Source: Nitrosopumilaceae archaeon
GTDB taxonomy: Archaea; Thermoproteota; Nitrososphaeria; Nitrososphaerales; Nitrosopumilaceae
Direction: 5' to 3'
Length of the DNA stretch: 64,000 nucleotides
NCBI GenBank assembly: GCA_965209085.1
Contig: OZ242376.1
Span: 1,408,001-1,472,000 of the forward strand
A model generated the notes under the pieces. It was given only the letters and a program-made list of their open reading frames with translations. It ran no database searches and was not told where the DNA came from. The first letter of the stretch is position 1, and each line of letters opens with the position of its first letter. The translations under genes were made by a program, and so were the position numbers. Positions 1-10,800 of this stretch are shown piece after piece.

Positions 1-1117
1 CGCTGCCTGCCTCGGCATATTCTTTGATGTATTTTTGAGGTTCTTTTATCATAAGATGCGTGTCAAATGGTATCAGAGTAAGTGGGCGCATCTGTGCGAG
101 TTTTTTGGAATCAAATGTCACGTTTGGAACAAACTTGCCGTCCATTACATCCATGTGTATTACATCCGCCCTTCCCTCGGCGCATTTTTGAACCTCTTTG
201 TCCAGATTTTGCATATCGCCTGCGATTATAGATGGGGCGATTGAAAACTGCATGTCAAGTTCTGATTTTACTATCGGTGCAATATCTGATGCCGGAGCCT
301 TGCCGTGCCATGCAGGATTGTCTTCCATGTGTTCTACCGCTTTGCCTTTTATGGTTCGTGCTATGATAATGCTTGGCGCACCTTTGGTATTTTTTGCCCG
401 GTTTAACGCATCAGATATCTGCTCTATGCGGTGACCGTCTATCTCTATAACATTCCAGCCAAAAGCTTTCCATTTTTCCCCCGTACGCCACCGCGAAGGA
501 TTTTTCCACATTTTTGAGATATCATCGCCGACGAGATTTTCATCAAGCGGCATTATTTTTTCAGTGTATGAATCCTGCTGGATAAAATTACGGTCAAGTA
601 TTACCGTAAGATTATCCGCCTTGAATTTGGATGCGGCCATTGCAGCTTCCCAGACCTGTCCCTCGTCAGATTCTCCATCACCCATTATCGTGTACACTCT
701 GTAATCTTTTCCGTCCAAGCGTCCTGCAAGCGCCATGCCGAGTGAAAATGAAAGTCCGATTCCAAGCGAGCCGCCGCAAAATTCCACTCCGGGGCATTTT
801 AAATCCGGATGTCCCTGCAGTTTGCTCCCAAATTTTCGCAGTGTTAAAAGCTGTGATTTTTCAAAATATCCTGCCACTGCAAGATTTGAAAATAACCCCG
901 GAGCTGCGTGTCCTTTGGAGAGTACCAGTCTGTCCCTCTCAGCCCATGTGGGGTTTTTAGAATCATATCTGAGGTGTTTTCCAAACAAAGTCCCCACGAT
1001 CTCTGCCATCGAAAACGAACCTCCAGGATGGCCAGAACCGGCGTCAGTTGTCGCATCTATGACCAGATTGCGCGCCTCTTTGATATTTTTTTTAATTCCG
1101 CAATAGTTTTGAGCCAA
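1..1117 (-). CDS. Transketolase N-terminal (TPP-binding) domain fused to ribulose-phosphate 3-epimerase; runs off the window start
   Basis: Manual translation (absent from the ORF track). TTG start at 1117; GSGHPGGSFS, DRLVLSKGHAAP, LQGHPD and GDGESDEGQVWEAAM (transketolase), then in frame IAPSIIAGD...IHMDVMDGKFVPN...FDTHLMI (RPE). Confidence 0.92.
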   Translation of the reverse strand, partial: MAQNYCGIKKNIKEARNLVIDATTDAGSGHPGGSFSMAEIVGTLFGKHLRYDSKNPTWAERDRLVLSKGHAAPGLFSNLAVAGYFEKSQLLTLRKFGSKLQGHPDLKCPGVEFCGGSLGIGLSFSLGMALAGRLDGKDYRVYTIMGDGESDEGQVWEAAMAASKFKADNLTVILDRNFIQQDSYTEKIMPLDENLVGDDISKMWKNPSRWRTGEKWKAFGWNVIEIDGHRIEQISDALNRAKNTKGAPSIIIARTIKGKAVEHMEDNPAWHGKAPASDIAPIVKSELDMQFSIAPSIIAGDMQNLDKEVQKCAEGRADVIHMDVMDGKFVPNVTFDSKKLAQMRPLTLIPFDTHLMIKEPQKYIKEYAEAGS

Positions 1118-1198
1118 TATACGGAAACGATTACAGAATAAATAAAAATCTACTTGAATATAGCCAAAATTTAAAACCATCGATCAGAATCAATCCGT

Positions 1199-1582
1199 AT
1201 GGACGTATTGATACAAATGCCGCTCATCATATATGATGACAAATGCAGCCTATGTTCGCTGTTTGCAAAGACTGTATCATTTTTTGGACGCTACAGAATA
1301 TCGCTTGTGGGCCATTATTCAAAAGACGGTCAGAATATGCGTTCCGCACTTGGAGATCATGCAACTGAAATGTTCTGGCTTTTGGATGGGACAGTTGCAT
1401 TTGGCGGAAGATCCGCCATACTGCCGTTGCTGTATCATACTAGCAGGGCGCTGCTTGGAAAAATTCCCCCCTCAAAGCATGGAAAAATTCAAAGTGCCGA
1501 CTGTACAGCATGCAAGGGACCAAAGGCGGTATTTTTCAGATCCGCAAGTCTGATACGGCAGTCACAGAAAATACAAATCTAA
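1199..1582 (+). CDS. DCC1/DUF393-like thiol-disulfide oxidoreductase family protein
   Basis: N-terminal IYDDKCSLC (DxxCxxC) motif. Confidence 0.75.
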   Translation: MDVLIQMPLIIYDDKCSLCSLFAKTVSFFGRYRISLVGHYSKDGQNMRSALGDHATEMFWLLDGTVAFGGRSAILPLLYHTSRALLGKIPPSKHGKIQSADCTACKGPKAVFFRSASLIRQSQKIQI

Positions 1583-1707
1583 TATCCGCGGCTGTTTCTA
1601 TCCGGTTTGTCCACATCGGGATTTCTAAATCCGTGTTTTATCATCATGTGGTTGAGAAACCTTGCATCATCATCAAAGTGCTCCCCGCATACGGTACAAT
1701 TTGCCAA
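1579..1707 (-). CDS. Small C2H2 zinc-finger protein (42 aa)
   Basis: Manual translation MANCTVCGEHFDDDARFLNHMMIKHGFRNPDVDKPDRNSRGY gives C-x2-C-x12-H-x4-H; 4-bp convergent overlap with the previous gene. Confidence 0.7.
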   Translation of the reverse strand: MANCTVCGEHFDDDARFLNHMMIKHGFRNPDVDKPDRNSRGY

Positions 1708-1821
1708 TTATAACCAGTTTTTTACAGTAGTTATAAATTGTATAATTTTGATTTTCTCAAATCATGTCGGAAATATTTCCCAATACGATGATTGGGATTT
1801 AATATTTGAGAGAATAGAATA

Positions 1822-1940
1822 AACGCCAGCACTGTTGCTTCCCAAGAGCTCTCGCATCTAAGTAACACAACAGCGACATCAGGTTTGACTTCCAAGTTCG
1901 GAATGGGATTGGGTCGCACCCTGACACTATGACCGGCTAG
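1822..1940 (-). rRNA. rrf: 5S rRNA
   Basis: Reverse complement GCCGGTCATAG...CCCAATCCCATTCCGAACTTGGAAGTCAAACC...GCTGGC; conserved CCGAAC and paired termini; ends approximate. Confidence 0.93.
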
Positions 1941-2031
1941 TTAGACTACATACGGGCTATCTATTAATGTAACGTATTTTTTGCATTTTCCTACGAATGA
2001 TTATATTCAGCATACGGGTTTGTTGCATCGT

Positions 2032-2141
2032 AGCCCGATAGTCTAGCGGTCAATTGGCATAAAATGCCAGATCAAGGATCCCGCGCTCTGGTTCTTTGGA
2101 GAAGATACGCGGGGGCGGCAGTTCGAATCTGCCTCGGGCTA
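2032..2141 (+). tRNA. tRNA-Gln(CTG) with two introns (D-loop ~2054-2075; canonical 37/38 at 2092-2106)
   Basis: Acceptor AGCCCGA/TCGGGCT, anticodon stem CCGCG/CGCGG, T-arm GGCAG-TTCGAAT-CTGCC; removing 22 + 15 nt gives a 73-nt cloverleaf. Confidence 0.88.
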
Positions 2142-2144
2142 TTA

Positions 2145-2744
2145 CTATCTAGAAGCTTGCGCTATGCGTTCAAGTTCGTGTTTTTTCTTAACGGACGGTG
2201 ATGCAGGATCGTTTGCCGCTGCAAGAATCAGATGGTTTGCCAGATATTCTTCCACGGTTGTAGGATTTGAAAACGCCGCTTCTTTTACACCATCAGCGAT
2301 AAACCGAAGTGCCAAATCCACGCGTCTTATGGGTGAGACGTCTACTGAAACATGGTAGACTGTTCCTCCGTATACGATTCTAGTCGTATCCTCGTTTGGA
2401 GCTGACATTTCCACAGCACGTACTAGGACTTCGACGGGATTTTTGCCCGTTTTCAGCTCGATTATTGTAAATGCGGCTTTGATCGTTTTCATAACACGTG
2501 ATTTTTTACCAGTCATGCGTCCTGTGTTTTTTGCGTGTTTTTTGCCAAAATGCATCAGTTTGTTGGCAAGTCTTTCAACAATATTCGTGTCATTTTTGTT
2601 AAATCGTTTTAATGCAGAACGGCCGTACGTATAAGGCAGTACGGAATTACGCAAAGATATCGAAGTTTTCAGACCCGGATCTATTATTTCAATGCCAGAT
2701 GTATCCCACTTTCTAAACAATAGCATATTTTTTGTCTCAGTCAT
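2145..2744 (-). CDS. rps7: 30S ribosomal protein uS7
   Basis: [32 protein letters not shown]. Confidence 0.97.
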   Translation of the reverse strand: MTETKNMLLFRKWDTSGIEIIDPGLKTSISLRNSVLPYTYGRSALKRFNKNDTNIVERLANKLMHFGKKHAKNTGRMTGKKSRVMKTIKAAFTIIELKTGKNPVEVLVRAVEMSAPNEDTTRIVYGGTVYHVSVDVSPIRRVDLALRFIADGVKEAAFSNPTTVEEYLANHLILAAANDPASPSVKKKHELERIAQASR

Positions 2745-3178
2745 CGTCTTGGTTTCTCCTTTTTGCCTATGACAAGCTCGTGCAATGAGGTATCGTTTAC
2801 TTTGAATACTTTGAATCTGACTCCAGGTATATCACCCATGGCTCCACCCTGTGTGGCGCCCATTCCTTCCACATGCACCTCGTCGTGTTCGTCAATAAAG
2901 TTCATGGCCCCATCACGCGGCAGAAATGCCGTAATAGTTTTGCCATTTTTTATCAATTGTACGCGCACACATTTTCGGACAGCAGAGTTTGGCTGTTTTG
3001 CCTCTATGCCGACTTTTTCCAAAACAATTCCGCGCGCTTGCGGAGATCCTGCCATCGGGTTTGCCTTGCGGTCAAGTCCAAGCTCGCGGCGTTTGTATCT
3101 AGATATTGCCCAGCGTTGTTTTTTACGCTTTAAACGTAAAACGCGTCCTGCAAACAAACCAAGTGGAGACTTTGCCAT
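2741..3178 (-). CDS. rps12: 30S ribosomal protein uS12
   Basis: [29 protein letters not shown]. Confidence 0.98.
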   Translation of the reverse strand: MAKSPLGLFAGRVLRLKRKKQRWAISRYKRRELGLDRKANPMAGSPQARGIVLEKVGIEAKQPNSAVRKCVRVQLIKNGKTITAFLPRDGAMNFIDEHDEVHVEGMGATQGGAMGDIPGVRFKVFKVNDTSLHELVIGKKEKPRR

Positions 3179-3184
3179 CTGTCA

Positions 3185-3649
3185 TTACAGCTCCATCATT
3201 GTCCTTTGCGGCGTGTTTATCATTATGCGCGAAATATCAAAATATCTTCGTGCAAGAATTTTTGCCCTCTCTACGTTGCGCCCGTTGCGCCCCACTGCAA
3301 GACCCTTGTTGTTTGCACCAACCATGACTGTTGCTTGCAATCCTCCAAGATCATCTTTTGATATTGTAACATCGGTAACGAGTTTTTCATTTATCGCCTT
3401 TGCGATGAATTTTTCCGGCTCTTTTATATATTCCACAACCTCTACGGTTTTTTGGATTTTGTTGATTAGTGATTTTATGTTGACAGCACCCTTGCCTATG
3501 GCTTTTCCCATGTCGCCCGGTTCAACCACGAATATTATACGATCAAGTTTTTCATCTTCCACACAGTCTTTAGGTTGCGTATGTGTGACTTTTTGAAACA
3601 GTGAAATGTATTGTAGTTGTTCTGTGGATAATTTTATAGATTGTTTCAT
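3185..3649 (-). CDS. nusA: Archaeal NusA (two KH domains)
   Basis: GKAIGKG and GLAVGRNG KH motifs; conserved position in the rpo operon. Confidence 0.95.
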   Translation of the reverse strand: MKQSIKLSTEQLQYISLFQKVTHTQPKDCVEDEKLDRIIFVVEPGDMGKAIGKGAVNIKSLINKIQKTVEVVEYIKEPEKFIAKAINEKLVTDVTISKDDLGGLQATVMVGANNKGLAVGRNGRNVERAKILARRYFDISRIMINTPQRTMMEL

Positions 3650-3697
3650 GCGAATGCCATTCTACCGTGGTTTTTAGAGCAGACATTTAAACTTATT

Positions 3698-3991
3698 TTA
3701 TACATTATTTGCCTCCTTGCCGATTATTGATCTTACAGTAGCATCAGGTATGGATGATATTGATATTGCTGAGACTCTAAACTGTACACCGCAAAATTTT
3801 CCCAAAGCGACCGATGTTCCATCAAAGTCCTTGTATGGCACCTTTAATTTTTCTGCAAATCCAGACTCTGCGGATTTTGATACCACAACTAGCTTTGCTT
3901 TTGAGACGTTTGCGGCAACTTGTTTTTGCCCAAAAGAGCAGTTGCCCTCTTTTATCGAATCCTTTAGTGTTTTCTCCAAGAGTGTTACCAT
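3698..3991 (-). CDS. rpl30e: 50S ribosomal protein eL30 (L7Ae/L30e family)
   Basis: GTSVALGKFCGVQFRVSAISI; lies between rpoA and nusA. Confidence 0.88.
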   Translation of the reverse strand: MVTLLEKTLKDSIKEGNCSFGQKQVAANVSKAKLVVVSKSAESGFAEKLKVPYKDFDGTSVALGKFCGVQFRVSAISISSIPDATVRSIIGKEANNV

Positions 3992-4075
3992 GATGTAAAC
4001 AATTCTTATGATGGCTTTATAGTTTTACGTTATTCAACTTTGCATTTCTGACGCCAAAAAGGTATGTTTGGTTCG

Positions 4076-7000
4076 TTATTTTTTCTTGGCAACTTGCATG
4101 TACAAGTCAACTGTGCCGGTTCCAATCGGTATGTTGCTTCCCACGATGACATTCTCTGTAACACCCTTTAGTCGTTCAGTCTCGCCTCCAAGAGCGGCTC
4201 GTGCTATGGTTGGAACCGTGATTTCAAATGCAGCTCTGGCCAAAACGCTGTCTTTTGTTCCCGCAATACCGTGCCGTCCAATCTGCTGCATATATCCCCT
4301 AGAGCACATTAGATCTGATACGAGCATGATGTATCTTAGATCCACTTCAAGACCCTGATCTGCTAGTGTGTTGTGTAGCTCGTTTATGAGTGAGTTGCGA
4401 GCTGCCTCGATTCCCAGCGCTCCGGCAATTTCAAATACATTGTTTGTGCGGACATTTTTTCTGTCAATGCCCTCTACTGCCAACACTTTTGCAAGATTTG
4501 AACCCGTGGTTTGTATGACCCATTGACCGTCATTTTGTACCATTGTGACGCGTTCAATGTCAGGTACGCCCTTTACAGTGGTGTTTAGTACCTTGTTGCG
4601 TATTGTTATAACGGTGGGTACATCTGATTCTTCTACAAGTTTTAAAACAAGAATGTTGTCAAATTCTTCAATCTTGAATTTTTTGTTTGATGTTAGCACG
4701 TCCACTATATCCTGCATTGTACATCCTCGCTCCTTTAGTCTATCCTCGTTGAATGTTATTTTGATTTCTGTTGCATAGTCTGTATCTATTTCGCCTACAA
4801 GAATGTTGATTTTAGTTTGTAAAATATTTCGTGCAATGGAAACTGCCTTTTCGCGCGAAGTTTTTGATTCATCATCAAGGTAAATATCCATAGTGGGGGT
4901 GTTTGGTTTTTTGCGCGCATCCACCAGTTCAATCAGCCGTGGAAGACCCAGCGTAACGTTTCTTTCTCTAATTCCTGCAAAGTGGAACGTACGCAGCGTC
5001 ATTTGTGTTCCAGGCTCTCCAATAGACTGCGCGGTAACTATTCCCACTGCTTGGCCCGGTTCTACTTTGGCGCGGTTGTACAAGCTAAGACCTTTTTTGG
5101 CCACTTTTTCTATGCCTTCTTTACTCAGATCAGCTTTCATGAGTGCATCAGTGACAATTTGGCGCAGTCGCGGGTTGTAGGTTTTGGCGTATTTTTTAAC
5201 TGCAGAATCCCTGTCATGCACGGTTGATTTTGCGCCCGAATCAACTATGATTTGTGATTCGATGAGACGGTTGATGTTGAAAGCCTCACCATGATCGCTC
5301 TTTGCCACGTCGATGCCATCCTCACCGTACAAGAATTGTATGATATGGCCGTGTGTATCACGTACCGTTCCATCATATTCCAAACGTATGTGCTCTAGTG
5401 CGTTGATAAGTCTACGTTGCATATATCCACTCTGCTGTGTTCTAACTGCCGTATCCACAAGTCCTTCACGTCCTCCCATGGCGTGGAAGAAAAATTCCAA
5501 TGCCGAAAGACCTTCACGATAATTGGATTTTACAAATCCGTGCGCATCTGGGTTGTCATCGTGTTCTTCAAAGTGCGTCAGTGCCCTGTTGTTAAATCCG
5601 GTAAGCAGTCTTTTTCCTCGTCTTGACTGTTGGCCTAGCGCACCTGCCATCTGACCGATGTTGAGTGAGGAGCCACGGGCTCCAGTTGTAGCCATTATTT
5701 TTCCAGCGTTTGTATGATCAAATGCTTGATCTGCGGAACTTCCGGCCAAATCCCTGGCTTTGGATAGTTCGTTTACAATGTATGCCTCCAAAGCCTCGTT
5801 TGGTGAGAGACCACGGGTAAGCTTTAATGTTCCTTTTTTGTAATCGCTAATAAATCCGTCAATTGTTTTGTAGCTTTTTTGTATGTTGTCCAATATGCCG
5901 TTGCGTACTTTTTCATCTAGTTCTAGATCCGCATAACCGTAGCTAAATCCATAGTGTGTGATGAATTGTTTTGCTATAATCAAGATCGAGTTTAAGAATA
6001 TTTTTGCCGGTTCGTTACCGTAATCTTTTGCAATTCTGTGCAGAACACTTTCAGGCTCTTCTGCACCGATGGATGATTTGTCAATTACGCCGCTGATGAG
6101 TTCACCGTTTTTAATTACAACATCTTTTACCTTATCAGACGTTCCTTTTGCCCATTTTGACGTCATTACATAATTGAAATCTTTTGGAAGAAAGAGTGAA
6201 AATAGCTGTTTTCCAGTATACAGTTTGCCTGTTTTTGACGGAGTAGGAAGATTACCCGAATATCCACCAAGCATTGCAAGATTTGCAAATTCTTCAGCCG
6301 ATAGGAACGTATCGTCTTTTGTCAAAAGATAAGAGCCGGTGATAAAGTCACGCAGTCCGCCGATAATTGGTCCGCCATATCTTGGAGAGATTAGCTGATC
6401 CTGAACCCTCATAAGCAACAGCGCTTCGGCTCTGGCCTCTTCGCTTTGCGGCACGTGCAGATTCATCTCATCGCCATCAAAGTCAGCATTGTACGGAGGA
6501 CATACGGACGGATGTAGACGGAATGTTTTGCCCGGCAGAACGTGTACGTGATGTGCCATTATTGACATTTGGTGGAGTGATGGTTGTCTGTTGAACATTA
6601 CAATGTCCCCCTTTAGCAGATGACGTTCCACTAGATATCCAATCTCCAAGGATTCAGCTATTGTTGATCGGTCTTCTACAAAATCCAGACGAATTTTTAC
6701 ACCATCTGGACGCACGATATAATTTACTCCAGGATATGTGTCAGGTCCGTTTATGACAAGATTGCGCATGCGTTCAATGTTCCATTCGGTTACAATTTCT
6801 GGGATTGTAAGTTTTTTTGCAATTACTTCTGGAACTCCTACTTCGGATAAATCCAAATTTGGATCAGGGGATATGACAGTCCTGCTTGAAAAGTCAACCC
6901 TTTTGCCCGAGAGTGATCCTCTAAATCTGCCTTCTTTTCCCTTTAATCTTTGTGTCAAAGTCTTCAACGGTCTGCCCGAACGGTGATGGGCTTGTGGAAT

Positions 7001-7858
7001 GCCAGATACCTCGTTGTCAAAGTATGTGGTGGCATGGTATTGTAAAAGATCTACCAAATCCTGCACTATAAGGGGCGGTGTACCTGCTTCTTTGCTTTCC
7101 TTTAAGCGCTGGTTGACGCGGATTATATCCACCATCTTGTGTGTAAGATCGTCCTCGGATCTTATTCCAGTTTCCAATATGATCGAAGGTCTGACGGTAA
7201 CTGGTGGAACTGGAAGCGCTTGGAGGATAAACCACTCTGGTCTTGCAGCTGATGGATCATATCCCAACAATTTTAGGTCACTGTCAGGTATTTGTGAGAA
7301 TCTTTCACGTATGGTAATCGGAAGCAGTCGATTTTCGCCCACTTCGGTTTTTTCTATAAAGATTGTAGGTTTTGTAAAGATGAGTTCGTACTGGGTTTTT
7401 CCGCAGTGAGGGCATTCCTTTGCTTTTCTTGCTATTTCAAGTATTTTTTCCGGAATGTGTTTTTGTGATAATACAGTGTATGCTGCTTCACGTTTTTGTA
7501 TGTTGGTAAAGTCTTCAAGATCAGTCTGGGTCACTTTAAGACGAGAACATGATCTGCATGAGATCAAAAGAAGTTTGTGTATGTTATCTATGAATGCAAT
7601 GTGCAGTATGGGTTCTGCAAGCTCCAAATGTCCAAAGTGTCCCGGACAGCGTGCTGCCATGTTTCCACATGTAAGGCATTTTTGTCCCGGCTCTAGTGTT
7701 CCAAGTCGTCCATCCATAAGACCTCCCTGTACAGGTATTCCATCCTCGTCATACGTTTCTGGAACGGTAATCTCAGCTACTGAATATTTTCTAATTTCGG
7801 TAGGTGACCATACCGAAAAACGGATTGATCGTATTGCTTTTGTAGTCTGTATAGACAT
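4076..7858 (-). CDS. rpoA: RNA polymerase largest subunit, fused A'/A'' (Rpo1)
   Basis: Catalytic NADFDGD motif, Zn-binding CxxC, AQSIGEPGTQMT; unsplit 1260 aa. Confidence 0.98.
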   Translation of the reverse strand: MSIQTTKAIRSIRFSVWSPTEIRKYSVAEITVPETYDEDGIPVQGGLMDGRLGTLEPGQKCLTCGNMAARCPGHFGHLELAEPILHIAFIDNIHKLLLISCRSCSRLKVTQTDLEDFTNIQKREAAYTVLSQKHIPEKILEIARKAKECPHCGKTQYELIFTKPTIFIEKTEVGENRLLPITIRERFSQIPDSDLKLLGYDPSAARPEWFILQALPVPPVTVRPSIILETGIRSEDDLTHKMVDIIRVNQRLKESKEAGTPPLIVQDLVDLLQYHATTYFDNEVSGIPQAHHRSGRPLKTLTQRLKGKEGRFRGSLSGKRVDFSSRTVISPDPNLDLSEVGVPEVIAKKLTIPEIVTEWNIERMRNLVINGPDTYPGVNYIVRPDGVKIRLDFVEDRSTIAESLEIGYLVERHLLKGDIVMFNRQPSLHQMSIMAHHVHVLPGKTFRLHPSVCPPYNADFDGDEMNLHVPQSEEARAEALLLMRVQDQLISPRYGGPIIGGLRDFITGSYLLTKDDTFLSAEEFANLAMLGGYSGNLPTPSKTGKLYTGKQLFSLFLPKDFNYVMTSKWAKGTSDKVKDVVIKNGELISGVIDKSSIGAEEPESVLHRIAKDYGNEPAKIFLNSILIIAKQFITHYGFSYGYADLELDEKVRNGILDNIQKSYKTIDGFISDYKKGTLKLTRGLSPNEALEAYIVNELSKARDLAGSSADQAFDHTNAGKIMATTGARGSSLNIGQMAGALGQQSRRGKRLLTGFNNRALTHFEEHDDNPDAHGFVKSNYREGLSALEFFFHAMGGREGLVDTAVRTQQSGYMQRRLINALEHIRLEYDGTVRDTHGHIIQFLYGEDGIDVAKSDHGEAFNINRLIESQIIVDSGAKSTVHDRDSAVKKYAKTYNPRLRQIVTDALMKADLSKEGIEKVAKKGLSLYNRAKVEPGQAVGIVTAQSIGEPGTQMTLRTFHFAGIRERNVTLGLPRLIELVDARKKPNTPTMDIYLDDESKTSREKAVSIARNILQTKINILVGEIDTDYATEIKITFNEDRLKERGCTMQDIVDVLTSNKKFKIEEFDNILVLKLVEESDVPTVITIRNKVLNTTVKGVPDIERVTMVQNDGQWVIQTTGSNLAKVLAVEGIDRKNVRTNNVFEIAGALGIEAARNSLINELHNTLADQGLEVDLRYIMLVSDLMCSRGYMQQIGRHGIAGTKDSVLARAAFEITVPTIARAALGGETERLKGVTENVIVGSNIPIGTGTVDLYMQVAKKK

Positions 7859-10800
7859 CTAGATTCTCTCCTTTATCATGAGTCTAGGTGCCACTATCAG
7901 ACTCTGCATCTCTTGCAGCAATAGTTTGAATGCATATGCAACTGACACTGAAGAAACTTTTGCCTTGTCTCCGCAAACTTTGCACACGTATTTGCGCTGT
8001 TTTACATCATGATATGCAACAAGACCGCATCTTTCACATACGTAAATGTCAGATTTGTCCGATTCGTCAAGAAGTCTGTCTTTTAGGATCATCGAGGCAC
8101 CGTATGCGATTATGCAGTCACGCTCCATTTCACCAAAACGCAGTCCTCCGCCTCGTGCCCTGCCTTCGGTTGGCTGTTTTGTAAGCATCTGAACCTGACC
8201 TCTGGCCCTTGCGTGTATTTTATCTGCAACCATGTGATGAAGTTTTTGATAGTATACAACTCCGATAAACACCTCTACGGGGAATGGTTTTCCAGTACGT
8301 CCGTCGTACATTATTTCTTTTCCAGAATATTTGAAACCAGTTTCATCCATGATCTTGCGTACCTCTTCCATTTTTTCTCCCACAAATGCAGAACCATCAA
8401 ACTGCGTACCTCGCAATGCTGCAGCCTTGCCGGTAATGGATTCCATAAACATTCCAACGGTCATACGTGATGGAAATGCATGCGGATTTATCAAAACGTC
8501 CGGCGTGATTCCTTCTGCCGTATATGGAAGATCTTCTAATTTTGCCAAAATACCCAATACACCTTTTTGCCCGTGTCTTGCTGCAAATTTATCTCCAATT
8601 TCCGGAGTTCTAACGTCTCGGACCCGGACTTTGTACATTTTACCACCCTCGTTTGATTGTGTCATAACCACAGTATCCACCACGCCTTTTTCAGAAGGTC
8701 GTACGCCAATGGATGTATCACGTCTGTACGGTCCAGTAGAATCCATTTCACGGTATTCTTCCATGAATCGTGGAGGACTGGTTTTGCCAATCAAAATGTC
8801 GCCACCAATTACTGGTGATTCTGATGCTATAATGCCGTCATCTTCCAAGAGCCTGTATAATTTTTCTCCCTTGTATCCCCTTATGTTGGCTTCAGCATTT
8901 GGTATCTCAAATGCATCACGCATTCCACCAGGATACTGTTTTGCCTCTGCATCATATATGCGGTAAAAGAACGTCCGGCCAAGACCGCGGTCAACTGGGG
9001 CCTGACCTATTACAATTGCATCCTCTATGTTGTAGCCATCAAACGGTAACACTGCAACTATGCAATTCTGACCCGCAGGTCTTTCTTCAAGACCCAGCAG
9101 ACCCATTGCCTTTGTGGTAACTATTGGGGTTTGAGGATACAGCATAAGATGCTGTCTCACATACGTGCTAGTATTCATCATCGGTGTTGAGAATCCAAGG
9201 CTCTGTTTTGCCATTGCAGATTCGTATGTGTTTCTTGGAGACTGGTTGTGTTCAGGATAAGGAATGATGGATGCGCCAGCTCCTAGTATTGCAGATGAGA
9301 ATATTTCAAGGTGTGTACGTTTGGATGTTTTCTTTTCATCTAGCGTAATGTAACAATTTTCCTCTTCGTTTGCATCCGTGAGCTCTATTATTCCCATGCG
9401 CAAAAGATCTCTCCAACCCAATAGTTTTTTGGAGATCTTGTCCAGTATATCCGAGGTAAGTAATGAATGACCATCTTTTATGATGATCAACGGTCTCATT
9501 ATGCGACCTGCGTTGCAATTTACATAAAATCTGCTCGTGGCCCCTTCTTTTTCCGGTTTGTGGAAAGAGATTCCAATATGCGGATCTATTTTTGATGAGC
9601 GTCTTAGTGCACGCATTGAATCTGCCAACTGTTGTCCATCTTTTACATATCCAACAAGCTTGCCGTCCACAAATACGCGTGCGCTGTCTTTTTTGTCATC
9701 ATCTTTAGCTTCGGTAAAATGCACGACGCCAAGTTCAAACATTTTTTCCACAATTTCCTGCGATGGAACACTGATGGATATTATTGCAGAAAGTGCAAGA
9801 TTTTTTACAAGACCACAGTTTGATCCTTCAGGAGTTTCACTTGGACATATGCGACCAAAGTGTGTTGCGTGAAGATCACGTGCTTCAAAGTTTGGCTGTG
9901 TTCTGCTAAGAGGAGATTGGATGCGGCGAAGGTGGCTTATTGTTGAGAGATAGTTTGTCCTATCAAGCAGTTGCGTTACTCCAACTCTGCCTCTACCCCA
10001 GTTTCCAGTTGCAATGGCATTGTTGAGTTTGTCCGTGACGATTCCAGGACGAATTGATGCAGATACTGCGTTTATTCCTCTTTTTTGTCCGGATCTTTCC
10101 AGCTGGTATTTCATATCACGTGTCAGATTTCTAAACGCCGTACGGAACAAGTCTGCCAGCATTTGTCCGGCAAATTTTACCACTTTGTTGCCATAATGAT
10201 CTTTGTCGTCCGGCTCTATCCAGCCGCGTTTTAGCTCCAACAGTTTGCATGTTGCTTCTCCAAGAAATTGTGCTTTTTCCCTGCGATTTTCCGGAGTTTT
10301 TCCAAGGTGCGGGAGAAGACCCCAGTCCAAAAGTATTTCAGCACGTTTTATTTGAAATTCTTCTAGCATTCCAGGCGCTATTCTTTTACTGATGTAGACG
10401 ATAGCATCCTTTGATGTAGGTACTTCGCCAGCTTTTTCAAAAGATCCCTCTAGTTCGTTTTGAATCTCATCGTTGAGTGATGTGGAAGATGCAATATCCT
10501 TGTCAGATTCAAGACCAAGTGCTCGCATTAACGTAACCACCGGTATGTCCACAGGTGAACCTGGAATTCTTGCAACAATCAGTCCGTCATTTTTCATAAT
10601 TAGTTCCAGTTTTGCCCTGTATCCAACTATGGACGAGTAAATTTTTGCTTTAAAGACAGGATTGCCTCCCACAGTTTCTTTGTCAACAATTATTTTATTG
10701 TATGAGAGATCTTCCAATCCCACTATTACTCGCTCTGATCCGTTTATGATAAAGTATCCACCAGGATCCAACGGATCCTCGCCGTACTCTATTAGTTTCT

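Noticed and set aside
844-1056. ORF-track 70-aa ORF and plus-strand ORFs in 1-1141
   Set aside because: Out-of-frame or antisense shadows of the transketolase-RPE gene.
4076-7858. Unsplit RpoA as a novelty
   Set aside because: Established trait of Thaumarchaeota; no intein or unusual insertion seen.
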